IMG/VR virus record: IMGVR_UViG_3300009506_000095
Coordinates: 1-56,572 of that record
Length of the DNA stretch: 56,572 bases
Direction: 5' to 3' (one strand)
Source of the DNA: a virus
Lineage: Duplodnaviria > Caudoviricetes
The notes under the pieces are model-generated. The model ran no database searches, had not been told where the DNA came from, and saw only the letters and a list, made by a program, of their open reading frames with translations. A program made the position numbers and the translations under genes. Shown here in pieces: positions 1 through 10,127 of the stretch (its first letter is position 1; every line of letters starts with the position of its first letter).

Positions 1-13
1 AAAGGGGTACAAA

Positions 14-442
14 ATGAAACCAAAAAAGAGGCAAACAAGAGCAGAATATGTTGAATCTCTAAAGGAAAGATACGGTGAGAGCATACTAGATGATTATGAT
101 ATGGTTCTTTCTGGTAAAGTAAATTTAACATATATATCTGATAAGTATGAAATATCTGGCCCATATGCTGGATTAATATTTAAAAAATTAAATGGTGAAA
201 GAAGTTATACTGAATTTAAGAAAAGGGGCTGGGTCAGAGATTATAGAGGAAAGAAAGTTGAATATAATCCAAAAGGGCCAAGTAAAAGTTTCATAGTCAC
301 TTTGCCTAATGAGGTTCACCATAGGCTTAAGAATTATTCTACAGAAATCGGTGTAAGTATGTCTTCAGTGGTAAAAGATGCTATTGTATCATACTTAAAT
401 AAAAAGATAATTCGTAAATATTTTCCATCTACAAGAAAATGA
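14..442 (+). CDS. DNA-binding protein with C-terminal ribbon-helix-helix (CopG/Arc-like) domain
   Basis: C-terminus SFIVTLPNEVHHRLKNYSTEIGVSMSSVVKDAIVSYL has the beta-strand/helix/helix RHH pattern; AAGGGG RBS upstream. Confidence 0.6.
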   Translation: MKPKKRQTRAEYVESLKERYGESILDDYDMVLSGKVNLTYISDKYEISGPYAGLIFKKLNGERSYTEFKKRGWVRDYRGKKVEYNPKGPSKSFIVTLPNEVHHRLKNYSTEIGVSMSSVVKDAIVSYLNKKIIRKYFPSTRK

Positions 443-496
443 TTTACTTTTCATAAATAACAGTATATTATTATGTTCATGTAGTGAACATAATAA
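443..496 (+). promoter_or_regulatory. Sigma70-like promoter overlapped by a 12-bp inverted repeat (candidate operator)
   Basis: TTTACT(443-448)-17 nt-TATTAT(466-471); inverted repeat TTATTATGTTCA-tgtag-TGAACATAATAA at 468-496, directly upstream of the terminase genes. Confidence 0.5.
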
Positions 497-504
497 ATAC
501 CTAA

Positions 505-1035
505 ATGGAATGGATATTTATTGTGACGCAGAAATCTAGAGAACATATAAAGATGCTTCGTAGGAAGATTGTTTCTTCTGCGAAAGCTCGTGGAATGTCT
601 GATGCAGACATTCTTATAATGCTTGAGGAAGAAGACATCCTCAACCCAGATACTGGTGAGCCGTATTCTCTTCAGACTATTGCCTCTGATTCAAGAGCAT
701 TAGAAGAACAGTGGCAAGATGAGATGATGGAGGATATTACTTTCCATAGAGCAAGAGTCTTAGCTGAGTTAAGAGAGCTGAAAGCTGCTGCTTGGGAAGC
801 AAATAAACTCTCAATAGTGTCTAGAGCAATAGATCAGGAAGTGGATCTATTAGGGCTGAATAAGCTTGAAAGGATGAGTCTTGAAATCGCTTTTGCTAAT
901 TTATTCAAGGGTATGCCTAAAGATGTAGCGAAAGAGCTTAAACAGCTTCTATCTGAGAAGGTGGCAAATCGAAAACGAAAGAAGCTTATGAATTCTACAG
1001 ATGATCTTCCAGAGACAATTGAGATAAATAAATAA
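505..1035 (+). CDS. Putative terminase small subunit
   Basis: Immediately upstream of TerL; HTH-like N-terminus (SLQTIASDSRAL), helical middle ending DLLGL; start could be the GTG at 523. Confidence 0.65.
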   Translation: MEWIFIVTQKSREHIKMLRRKIVSSAKARGMSDADILIMLEEEDILNPDTGEPYSLQTIASDSRALEEQWQDEMMEDITFHRARVLAELRELKAAAWEANKLSIVSRAIDQEVDLLGLNKLERMSLEIAFANLFKGMPKDVAKELKQLLSEKVANRKRKKLMNSTDDLPETIEINK

Positions 1036-2763
1036 ATGGAGAATATCCAACCGTCCCAGAAGAATGCTCTTGATATATTAGCTGATAATATCATCAATAA
1101 TTACAATCTCGATGATATTGAAGAACTCCTATCAGAAGTAGACTATTCAGATTACGAAAATGATCCTGTCGGATTCTGTGAAGATGTACTTAAGCAAAGT
1201 CTTACAGATGATGTAAAGGTGATGCTTAATTCTATTCTTACAAATAGATTGACTGTTGCTGTATCTGCTAATGCTACTGGAAAAACCCATGGTGCTGCTT
1301 GCGCAGCAATATGGTTTAAGAAATGTAGAAAAGAAGCGATTGTTATAACAGCAGCTGCTCCTCCAGCTGAAAGAAATCTAAAGTCAAAGCTTTGGGGTGA
1401 AATTAGGACTCAGATCAAGCTCAGCCCAAAAGTATTCGAAAAAGACCGCATAACCTCCCTAAAAATAGTTGATTCAGAATATCCAAGAAGCTACATCGAA
1501 GGTGTTAGCATACCCACCTCTGGTTCAGAGGATGAGCGTGAAGCTAAATTCTCTGGTATCCATGCCCCAAACCTCTTTTTCGTTTTAGATGAAGGCGATG
1601 CTATTCCTGATGAAATATATCGTGCTATAGAATCCTGTATGTCAGGTGGTTTTAACCGCATGCTTGTTATGTTCAACCCAAAAAGAAAATTAGGTGCGGT
1701 TTATAGAATGATTCGTGACGGAAGGTGCAACATTGTTACCATGAAAGCCTTTGATCACCCCAATGTATTAACTGGAGAAGAAATAATATTAGGAGCAGTA
1801 ACAAGAGAGCAAACTGTTGTACGTATAAATGAATGGACAGAACCTCTTGAAGAAGATGTTGATCCAGATGCCAGTTGTTACGAAGTACCAGACTTTCTTG
1901 TAGGGTGTGTAGCAAAAAATGACAGAGGTATTGAATATCCACCTCTAGAAGGTGGATGGAGAAGGATAAAAGGCGAACACCCTGAGTTCAATTATATGGT
2001 TTTAGGGCAATATCCTGCTCAATCAGCTTTTCAGCTAATAAGCTATGAATGGATAGAGAATGCCAGAACAAGATGGGATGCTTATGTAGCTGAATTTGGA
2101 AGAAAACCTCCTGTTGGTGTAGAGCCAATAATGGGTCTCGACTCAGCTGATCTTGGAGAGGACTTTAACTCATTATGTATACGTTATGGTGGATGGATAA
2201 AAGAGATAAGAGTCTGGAATGGTATAGATGTATATCGCACTGCTAATATTGCTGCTAATTATTACCATAAAGAGAAGGGTGTGGCTGTATTAGTAGATGC
2301 TACTGGTGTAGGAGCTGGTGTAGCCCCAAATATTAATGGAAAATACCGATTCGAGTGCGGGAAGTGCGAATATTTCGATCCAGAACCAGCAAAAGGATAT
2401 AAAGAGGAAATAAAGTGCCCAAAGTGCGAACACCCTCTTACACCAGTGTTTAGTAATGCTAAAAGGGTAATGGTAGCATCTAAACCTACTGAAAAGACTG
2501 AGCTAGGAGAGTTCTTCCAGCTGAGAGACCAACTATGGTGGAGTGTTAGGGAATGGTTGCGAACTGATTCAGGGGCTATGCTCCCTCCAGATGAAAAATT
2601 ATGTGAAGAATTAGCTGTCCCTGAATATGAGATAATGAATGGAAAAATCAAAATAATGCCTAAACCAAAGATGAGAGAAGAATTAGGCAGAAGCCCTGAT
2701 AGGGCAGATGCTCTTTGTCTTACTTTTGCTAGTAACTCTAGGCCACGTGTGAGGCTAATGTAA
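1036..2763 (+). CDS. terL: Terminase large subunit
   Basis: Walker A-like SANATGKT, Walker B FVLDEG, coupling motif FNP, RNase H-like nuclease motifs GLDSA, VDATGVGAGV and SPDRADAL. Confidence 0.93.
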   Translation: MENIQPSQKNALDILADNIINNYNLDDIEELLSEVDYSDYENDPVGFCEDVLKQSLTDDVKVMLNSILTNRLTVAVSANATGKTHGAACAAIWFKKCRKEAIVITAAAPPAERNLKSKLWGEIRTQIKLSPKVFEKDRITSLKIVDSEYPRSYIEGVSIPTSGSEDEREAKFSGIHAPNLFFVLDEGDAIPDEIYRAIESCMSGGFNRMLVMFNPKRKLGAVYRMIRDGRCNIVTMKAFDHPNVLTGEEIILGAVTREQTVVRINEWTEPLEEDVDPDASCYEVPDFLVGCVAKNDRGIEYPPLEGGWRRIKGEHPEFNYMVLGQYPAQSAFQLISYEWIENARTRWDAYVAEFGRKPPVGVEPIMGLDSADLGEDFNSLCIRYGGWIKEIRVWNGIDVYRTANIAANYYHKEKGVAVLVDATGVGAGVAPNINGKYRFECGKCEYFDPEPAKGYKEEIKCPKCEHPLTPVFSNAKRVMVASKPTEKTELGEFFQLRDQLWWSVREWLRTDSGAMLPPDEKLCEELAVPEYEIMNGKIKIMPKPKMREELGRSPDRADALCLTFASNSRPRVRLM

Positions 2764-4187
2764 TGAAACTATTTGGGTTCGAGATAAAAAGACCGAAAAA
2801 GACTGATACTAATAAAGTCGTTGGAAGCTTAGTGTATGGACAGAGATGGGATGATGCTATAATGCCTAATGCTGATTTTTATTCTATGCTGAAGGCAAAT
2901 AGGGGATGGATATATACGTGCTCATCTAAAAATGCTGTCTCTATAGCATCGACTCCAATAAGACTTTATGTTGGTAAGAAAAACAATAACAGCATTAGCA
3001 GTGTTAAGACTGCTAAAATAACAAAGAAAAAAGAAGCTTCATTAAGGAATAGGGCATCTCTTTCTAATTTGAGCAGGGTGAAAAAGGCTATCGGAATTGA
3101 GGAAGTATTAGAGCACCCTATGTTAGACCTTTTCAACACTGTTAATAATTTTATGAATAAATTCTATCTATTTGAGCTAACATCTTTGTATCAAGAGCTT
3201 TGCGGTAATGCCTATTGGTATATCTTAAACAATAGACTTGGAGTACCAATCGAGATATGGCCAGTACCACCACAGCATCTTGTTATCCTTCCAGATGAAA
3301 GGAAATTCATAAAAGGATATGAACTTAGAAAGGGGATGGATAGGATACCATTCAAAGAAGATGAAATTATCCATTTTAAATTCCCTTCTGTAACCTCAGT
3401 GTATTATGGGTGCAGTCCATTATCTGCTGTTACAGACTCCTATAATATCCACCAGAGTATGAATAGATATGAACTTGCTATATTCAAAAATATGGGTAGA
3501 CCGGAAGGAGCTTTTGAGACAGAGCAAGAACTTAGCCAGTATGAATTTGATAGATTGAAAGAGGAACTGAGCCAATCCTTTGGTGGACTTGATAATGTTG
3601 GTAAGTCACCTTTATTGGAAAAGGGTGTTACATTTAAGAATTATGGTTCACTACCTAGAGATCTGAGCTATCTTTCTGGAAGGTCAAAGATAAAAGAAGA
3701 AATTACAAATGCCTATGGGCAATCCATGGCATTGTGGGATAAAGATTCTACAAGAGCGAATGCTACTGTAGCGAATGAAAATTTTATGCGAGATGCTATC
3801 CGACCTAGGCTGATAAGGATGGAAGAAAAGCTTAATGAGAAATTGGCTCCAAGATATGATGAGAAATTATTCATAGCTTTCGATGATCCTACTCCTGAGG
3901 ATAGAGATTACAGACTGAAAGAGCGTGAGTCTAATATAAAGTCTGGATATTCGAGCATAAATATGGAAAGAGAATCAGACAATGAAGATCCAGTTGAATG
4001 GGGTGATTGGCCAATATTTAATCAGAGCATGGTAAGATATGATCCTGATAGAGAGCCAAGTAGTGGTGGTAATTGGAGCGGAGATGAAAACCCAGAGGAT
4101 AATGGTGATGGCAATATACCGCCGAAGTTTTTGGAATCCATTGCTGAAAGAATTACTAGAGACATTCTAGGAAAAATTAAACAATAA
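2763..4187 (+). CDS. Phage portal protein (HK97 family)
   Basis: Motifs LCGNAYWYI, EIWPVPP, EIIHFK...YYGCSPL, FKNMGRPEG, SINMERE; position after TerL. Confidence 0.93.
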   Translation: MKLFGFEIKRPKKTDTNKVVGSLVYGQRWDDAIMPNADFYSMLKANRGWIYTCSSKNAVSIASTPIRLYVGKKNNNSISSVKTAKITKKKEASLRNRASLSNLSRVKKAIGIEEVLEHPMLDLFNTVNNFMNKFYLFELTSLYQELCGNAYWYILNNRLGVPIEIWPVPPQHLVILPDERKFIKGYELRKGMDRIPFKEDEIIHFKFPSVTSVYYGCSPLSAVTDSYNIHQSMNRYELAIFKNMGRPEGAFETEQELSQYEFDRLKEELSQSFGGLDNVGKSPLLEKGVTFKNYGSLPRDLSYLSGRSKIKEEITNAYGQSMALWDKDSTRANATVANENFMRDAIRPRLIRMEEKLNEKLAPRYDEKLFIAFDDPTPEDRDYRLKERESNIKSGYSSINMERESDNEDPVEWGDWPIFNQSMVRYDPDREPSSGGNWSGDENPEDNGDGNIPPKFLESIAERITRDILGKIKQ

Positions 4188-4199
4188 GGAAGGTGCTGG

Positions 4200-7079
4200 A
4201 TGGCTGAGAAAAGACTGCCAAGGCAGAATGAAATCGTTACTAAGAGGATGAATCTTAATGATTCTGGGATTCCTATTTCAGAAGAAATACGGAAAAGCTT
4301 GAAAGATGCTGGTATTGAGAATCCAGAGTTAATTCGAAAAGGCATAGCAACGGATGAAAAAACTCAATATGATGAAGAGGAAAGAACTTCTGTTGACTAT
4401 ATTACCACTAAAACAGTAGATAGGGATGGTGATATAGTGGTTCCAGGTGGAGCTATGCTTGATCATTATCGTAAAAACCCTGTTGTACTTTTTGTCCATG
4501 ATTATAAAAGTGTCCCTGTAGGGAAAGCTCTGTGGATCAAATCTGATAAGCATGGCCTTATCTCCAAGACTAAATATGTATCGAAGGGAAAAGGGAATGA
4601 GATATGGGAGTACAGGAAAGAAGGATTCCCGATGGCTAAATCTATAGGCTTTATCCCTTTTAGTGTAATTGAGGAAAAGGATTTTGGTGATATAAGTGAT
4701 GAAGAGTTTAAGACTATGCAACTCACTAAAGATGACTTATCAGGAGCACAGCGTATATATCCTAAATGGCTTATGCTGGAGTATAGCGATGTTCCTGTAC
4801 CTTCTAATCCTGATGCGCTTCAGCTTGCGATTTCTAAGGGAATCATAAATAATGATGAGCTTCAAGATGCTGTAGATAATGATGCTTTTGTTATTGAGAT
4901 CGAAGATGCTAAGCATGTAGAGGTTGAAGAAGTTGAGACTGATGAAGTTGTAAATAAACCTGAAACTACTGATAACTACCACCACATCCCTGTTCGAGAT
5001 GCGGGAGAGTTTGTAGATGGTTCTTTCAGGACTATTAATATAACAGACGGGATTAAGGCTGTTATTGGAAAGCTGAAGTCTGATCCAGATGGCTCTACTA
5101 AAATCCAAAAATACCTGTTTGATATTAATAAATATACTATGGAAGAAGCTCAGACTTGGGTGAATGAGCATAAAGATCAAGAGCCAGAAGAGCAAAAGGC
5201 TATGGTTGAAGATCCAACTCCAGAACAGAATATGCTAAGTGAGCGGTATGGGAAAGAAGCTATTCTTGATATAAAAGTAGAGAAAGATCCAGAAGATCAG
5301 GAAATGCCTGAAGAAATAACGATGGTTAAGGAAGTGGGAGTTGTTGACGGTGTTAAACGGTTTGAAAGAATGAATATCTTTGATAATTATGCTGTTAAAG
5401 CTTTTAATTCGATTGATAATCCAGATGGATTATGGAATACAGACATTAAGAATTTTGAAATTCAGGGAGTTGATATTGCTCCAAGGAATTTGCTCTATGA
5501 TCTGGCCTCTAAATGGCTAAAGTGCCCTGTAAAGTCGATTTATATGAATGAGTTTGGAGTTCCTTCTGCTCTTATTGGAACTTTTCTTACTGGATTGGAG
5601 AAAACTCTTGAAGAATATGATCTTATTGATACAAGAAACTTCAGGAATTATGAGTCACCTCCAGTATATGATACTATCAGGCTTACAGCTGATAAGCAGG
5701 AAGATTTTCTCATCGAAGGAATACAGTTTTATGAGAAAGATGAGAAAAGAGTGATTATTTCTCGTAGCATGTCTTGGTCTGGGCTATATATTACTATTAT
5801 GTCTGATTCTTCTATCAGATCAGAGAGTAAAGAGATTATCAGTAAAACTTGGGAATGGACTAATGAGAATAATTTCCTGAAAGGCCAGAAATTCTCCCTT
5901 AGTGGTAAATTTCTTGAAACTGATGATGAAGATTGGGATTCGGTATTTCTGACTGATAAGAATTTCAAATCTGTTAAGTCTGCTTTTGATATAATTGAAA
6001 GTAAAGGGATTGATACACCTAATAGAGGGATAATGCTCGTTGGCCCTCCTGGGACTGGTAAAACTATGTCTTGTAGAATCACTATGAATAAGACAAATAA
6101 TACTTTCATCTGGGTTAGTGCTAGGGATTTTCGATATTCTTCGGCAGCTGGCGGGATGAGTTATGCTTTTTCACTTGCTAAAGACCTTGCTCCTACCATC
6201 CTTTGCATAGAGGATATTGATAACTGGTTGGATGGATATACTGTTGATATTCTTAAGTCTGAGATGGATGGTATAGTTAAATCCAAAGGTGTAGTGACTT
6301 TTCTTACTTCTAATTATCCAGAAAGGGTTCCAGAAGCTCTGATAGACAGACCTGGAAGATTCCATGATGTACTAAACTTCTCTTATCCAAGTCGTGATAC
6401 AAGAGTACGCATGCTTGAAGCTTGGTGTGATGTAAAGGTAGCTCTTGAAGACGGTGACCACTGGATATATGATATAGTCAAGGAAACAGAGAATTTCAGT
6501 GGAGCCCATATGTATGAATTGGTATCATTTGCTAAACGTCTTATGGAAGATGATGAAAATTTGACTATCGAAGATGCTGTAACTGATAGCCTTAATAAGA
6601 TCATCGACCAGAGGGCATTGATCAGAGAGCTTAGAGGTGAAAAAGATATTGATTGTGAAGCCTTGGTGAAGCTTGCTGAAGAAAATGTAAAAAAAGACTT
6701 TACTAATGAAAAAAATCAGGATATAATCAGTTCAGAAATTTCTTCAGATGAAGAAATTATTAAAGCTGGTAGGGTTCTTTCTAAGAACACTCGGCAAATA
6801 TTAGGTAAAACTCTTTTCAATCTTGAGCAATCTGTTAGTGCGCTCAAAGAGTTCATGGAGGCAGTAGATCAAGAAGAAAAGGATGAACCAGTAGTAGAAA
6901 TAGCAGAGGAAGATGTTGAAGAGGTTACTGAAGAAGAAGTGATAGAAATTACGCCTGAAAATCTTAAATCTGCTATACTGAATACTCTTGGTGAGTTTAT
7001 CTCTCAGGACAAATCAAGAGTAAATATTGACGAACTCGTTGTTGAGAGAGTCAATAAGGCAAAAGGGAAAATTTTTTAA
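4200..7079 (+). CDS. HK97-type prohead protease fused to an AAA+ ATPase domain, with acidic scaffold-like C-terminus
   Basis: N-terminal DRDGDIV..YRKNPVVLFVHD..PVGKA..SIGFIP..LEYSDVPVPSNPDAL; internal GPPGTGKT (Walker A), LCIEDID (Walker B), TSNYPE and ALIDRPGRF (SRH). Confidence 0.85.
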   Translation: MAEKRLPRQNEIVTKRMNLNDSGIPISEEIRKSLKDAGIENPELIRKGIATDEKTQYDEEERTSVDYITTKTVDRDGDIVVPGGAMLDHYRKNPVVLFVHDYKSVPVGKALWIKSDKHGLISKTKYVSKGKGNEIWEYRKEGFPMAKSIGFIPFSVIEEKDFGDISDEEFKTMQLTKDDLSGAQRIYPKWLMLEYSDVPVPSNPDALQLAISKGIINNDELQDAVDNDAFVIEIEDAKHVEVEEVETDEVVNKPETTDNYHHIPVRDAGEFVDGSFRTINITDGIKAVIGKLKSDPDGSTKIQKYLFDINKYTMEEAQTWVNEHKDQEPEEQKAMVEDPTPEQNMLSERYGKEAILDIKVEKDPEDQEMPEEITMVKEVGVVDGVKRFERMNIFDNYAVKAFNSIDNPDGLWNTDIKNFEIQGVDIAPRNLLYDLASKWLKCPVKSIYMNEFGVPSALIGTFLTGLEKTLEEYDLIDTRNFRNYESPPVYDTIRLTADKQEDFLIEGIQFYEKDEKRVIISRSMSWSGLYITIMSDSSIRSESKEIISKTWEWTNENNFLKGQKFSLSGKFLETDDEDWDSVFLTDKNFKSVKSAFDIIESKGIDTPNRGIMLVGPPGTGKTMSCRITMNKTNNTFIWVSARDFRYSSAAGGMSYAFSLAKDLAPTILCIEDIDNWLDGYTVDILKSEMDGIVKSKGVVTFLTSNYPERVPEALIDRPGRFHDVLNFSYPSRDTRVRMLEAWCDVKVALEDGDHWIYDIVKETENFSGAHMYELVSFAKRLMEDDENLTIEDAVTDSLNKIIDQRALIRELRGEKDIDCEALVKLAEENVKKDFTNEKNQDIISSEISSDEEIIKAGRVLSKNTRQILGKTLFNLEQSVSALKEFMEAVDQEEKDEPVVEIAEEDVEEVTEEEVIEITPENLKSAILNTLGEFISQDKSRVNIDELVVERVNKAKGKIF

Positions 7080-7177
7080 CTTATGCAATATCAGGCAGTT
7101 CTGCTTGAAGCTGACTATGAGCAGCTAGGCTACTGAACAGCTGGAGATGTTGGTGATAATATCAAGGAGATTTTAAA

Positions 7178-8440
7178 ATGTCTATGACTATGAATGAACT
7201 TACAAATGTCATCAAAACTGTTTTTGATGAATCTGTAAAGCCTGTTATTGATAATCAGAAGGCTGCTATGGACGAGATTCGTTCTGATATTGATGGCAAG
7301 ATCGCAGAAGTTGCTGGAACAGTAGATGATCTCCGTCCAAAAATCACTGTAGGTGAAGATCTTTTTAATGAAGATCAGAAGGGTGGTTTTAAGACACTTA
7401 GTCAGTTCGCCCAGCACGTTGCCAGAGCTGATAAGTCTCAGGGAAGGAATATCACCCCTGAGTTGGAGAGATGGGAAAAAGCTGCTAGTGCTTCTGGTTT
7501 GGTTGAAGGTGAGGATCAGTATGGTGGGTATCTTATTCCCCCAGAGTTTAGAAATCAGCTTATGCAAGCCATTACTGAGATGAACGAGATTATGCCTCGT
7601 TGTACATCCATTCCTATGGCCTCTACAACTGTGAAGATTCCTTATCTCAATGCCTTCGATGAAAGCGGTGGACTGGTGTACGGTGGGATTAAGTGGTACT
7701 GGCTTGATGAGCTTGCTCAGAAACAGGAAACCAGACCAAAATTCGGGCGCATCTCCCTGGAGCTGAAAAAGATTGCTGGGTTAGCCTATGCTTCTGATGA
7801 AGTTCTGGAGGATTCCCCGATTAGCATGGAAAATATTCTGCGTAATGGATTCCGTGATGGTCTTAATTTCACTATGAACAATGTTCTATTGAGAGGTACT
7901 GGTGCGGGTCAGCCTTTGGGTATTCTGAATGCTCCATGTCTGGTTACGCAAACTGCGGAAACTGGACAAGCTGCTGCGACCATCCTGTTCGAGAATATTA
8001 TAAATATGTATACAAGGATTTTTGATCTCTCAAGGGCTATTTGGGTGATCAATCCTAGTTGTCTGCCTCAGTTGGCTTCTATGTCGCTTAATGTTGGTAC
8101 TGGTGGGTCGCCTGTTTGGTTGCCTGCTAATGGTATCTCTGGGCGACCTTATGATACACTAATGGGCAAACCGATTGTATGGAGTAAGCATGCTTCTACT
8201 CTCGGAACAGTTGGTGACATAATCCTGTGTGATTGGTCTCAGTACCTTATTGGACAAAAAGCTGGTGGTGCTGGTGTTCAGTACGACACTTCTATCCACT
8301 TGAAATTCGATTACGACCAGACTTGTTTCCGGTTCGTTTTCCGAATTGATGGTCAGCCATGGTGGCCAACGTATTATACACCACCACAGGCTACTACTCT
8401 TACTCAGAGTCCATTTGTGGTTCTTGCGACCAGATCGTAA
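7178..8440 (+). CDS. Major capsid protein, HK97 fold
   Basis: GGYLIPPEF, SDEVLEDS, GTGAGQPLGILNA, TLMGKPIV, FRFVFRIDGQP; coiled-coil delta-domain N-terminus; AAGGAG RBS. Confidence 0.95.
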   Translation: MSMTMNELTNVIKTVFDESVKPVIDNQKAAMDEIRSDIDGKIAEVAGTVDDLRPKITVGEDLFNEDQKGGFKTLSQFAQHVARADKSQGRNITPELERWEKAASASGLVEGEDQYGGYLIPPEFRNQLMQAITEMNEIMPRCTSIPMASTTVKIPYLNAFDESGGLVYGGIKWYWLDELAQKQETRPKFGRISLELKKIAGLAYASDEVLEDSPISMENILRNGFRDGLNFTMNNVLLRGTGAGQPLGILNAPCLVTQTAETGQAAATILFENIINMYTRIFDLSRAIWVINPSCLPQLASMSLNVGTGGSPVWLPANGISGRPYDTLMGKPIVWSKHASTLGTVGDIILCDWSQYLIGQKAGGAGVQYDTSIHLKFDYDQTCFRFVFRIDGQPWWPTYYTPPQATTLTQSPFVVLATRS

Positions 8441-8456
8441 AATAGTTTATATTCAT

Positions 8457-8478
8457 GGGCACTCTTAATTGAGTGCCT
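8457..8478 (+). terminator. Stem-loop after the capsid gene (possible terminator or mRNA-stabilising hairpin)
   Basis: GGGCACTC-ttaatt-GAGTGCCT; no clear U-tract. Confidence 0.35.
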
Positions 8479-8501
8479 AGTGAATGTTTCGGAGGAAAAT
8501 T

Positions 8502-9011
8502 ATGCAGACTTTAGCTCAGAATTATGGCTTTTACAATCAAACTAAACCAGCAGACTTGAATGGATCTAGCTTGAGTAAGTCCAACTGCAAGTTTGTAAGT
8601 CTTAAGGGTTATAGCAAAGTTACTTTCATCGTACAGTGCGGTGCGGTAGGTGATGCTTCTTGGAAGCTGAAAGCTTATCAGGCCAAAACTGTTGCGGGTG
8701 GTTCTGTTAGCTCTACAGCTCTTACACTTACTCATTATTGGACTAATGCTTCTAAATCGAGTCTGAGTAGTACTTCGCTGCTAACAAGAAAGACCGCAAG
8801 CTCTGATACAGTTACTATTACTTCCACTAATAATACTGTATTTATACTTGAGTATGATGCGAAGCAGCTTAATGCTACAAGCCAGTATGACTGCATCGGT
8901 TTGGCTGTAACAAGTATTGGAACAGCGTCTACTTTTGCTGGGATTATGGCAATTCTACATCCAGCTAGGTACGCTGCGGATGGTATGCCGATTAATGCTC
9001 GTGCTAATTAA
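8502..9011 (+). CDS. Hypothetical capsid-associated (decoration-like) protein
   Basis: Directly after MCP; GGAGG RBS supports ATG 8502; small beta-rich Ser/Thr/Ala protein. Confidence 0.5.
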   Translation: MQTLAQNYGFYNQTKPADLNGSSLSKSNCKFVSLKGYSKVTFIVQCGAVGDASWKLKAYQAKTVAGGSVSSTALTLTHYWTNASKSSLSSTSLLTRKTASSDTVTITSTNNTVFILEYDAKQLNATSQYDCIGLAVTSIGTASTFAGIMAILHPARYAADGMPINARAN

Positions 9012-9038
9012 TCGTTGTTTTTGAAAGGGGCTTTTATT

Positions 9039-9899
9039 ATGGCAGAAGTACAGGAAACAAGCTATTATGAGGATGTTCGTGCTGGAGACATAATCGCAAA
9101 CTTCAGACCTTTGCTTATGAATGGAAGTTATAAGCTTAGAGAAGCTGATGGTAAGATTATGGTAAGTGATCCAGCGATGGCTTTTGATACTCCTTGGCAT
9201 CATGTTGCGCACGATGCCTTTTTGGATTGCCAGAAATGGCATTCTATTTTATTTGATTTGTTCAGTAGAGTTATGCCTGCTGGTAAAGCATTTGTTCCAA
9301 GCTCTTGCCAGCAGTGCTGGAAAGTGGTTGTTAGACCGCAGACTCTTATGGGGCTTTTCAATCTTCTGGAATTAGAGCTTGCTCTTAATAGACCTAGTAA
9401 ATGCGGAATAGAAGTCAGACCATATGTATTTGGTCTATATGGTGGGTACTTTTATAATCATTCGCTTGAAGAAGGTCTTGAGTGCTATAAAACTGTCAGA
9501 AAGCTTGTAGATGGTGAAGAGCACTTAGGTGAAGATATTCCAGTAATACTCAAACGATCTTGTACTGAGTATGAACAGCTAGTCAGAAATAGTATGGAAT
9601 GGGAAATAACCCCTGAACAAGTACAGATTGAGACTCTAATCAATAAATGGTTTGTCAGTGATGGTGTTATGAGGAAACAGTCTGATATTCAAATAAAGAG
9701 TGTTCACCGAAAGTGGATTGAATATGCCTATACAAATGGTGACGAAACATATAAGTTTTTCACCAATGGGAAGCCCCCTTCAGGACTTAATGTTGTTAGC
9801 TATGATACCTACCACCACTTAGCTGATGCGAGTGATGAAGAGGTTGAGCAAGCATTAGAGAAATATAAAAGGAGATACCCATATGGCTATGACCTTTAA
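9039..9899 (+). CDS. Hypothetical protein with several Cys (CQQCWKVVV, KCGIE, KRSCTE)
   Basis: Open frame; AAAGGGGC RBS before ATG 9039; family not recognised. Confidence 0.6.
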   Translation: MAEVQETSYYEDVRAGDIIANFRPLLMNGSYKLREADGKIMVSDPAMAFDTPWHHVAHDAFLDCQKWHSILFDLFSRVMPAGKAFVPSSCQQCWKVVVRPQTLMGLFNLLELELALNRPSKCGIEVRPYVFGLYGGYFYNHSLEEGLECYKTVRKLVDGEEHLGEDIPVILKRSCTEYEQLVRNSMEWEITPEQVQIETLINKWFVSDGVMRKQSDIQIKSVHRKWIEYAYTNGDETYKFFTNGKPPSGLNVVSYDTYHHLADASDEEVEQALEKYKRRYPYGYDL

Positions 9900-10092
9900 G
9901 ACTGTAAAGTTGAAAAGTCCATGGATGGATCATCCAAAAGGCTCTGTTTTGACTATTCGATCAGAAAAGGCTGATGAATTAGTCAGTAGAAAATCTGCTG
10001 TAATAAAAGAGGAAAAGATGGCTGATGGGCCACCAGTTAATAAGATGGTTGATGAGCCAAAAAGACGTAAATCCAAAACAAAAACCCCTTAA
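9883..10092 (+). CDS. Small hypothetical head-region protein
   Basis: AGGAG RBS; basic C-terminus typical of small proteins between capsid and neck genes. Confidence 0.5.
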   Translation: MAMTFKTVKLKSPWMDHPKGSVLTIRSEKADELVSRKSAVIKEEKMADGPPVNKMVDEPKRRKSKTKTP

Positions 10093-10127
10093 CAGTAGGT
10101 TAAAATCCTACATAAGGAGAATGAATT

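Noticed and set aside
4200-7079. Intein as the explanation for the long protease gene
   Set aside because: No Cys/Ser-start and His-Asn-end splicing motifs or LAGLIDADG blocks; the insert is an AAA ATPase
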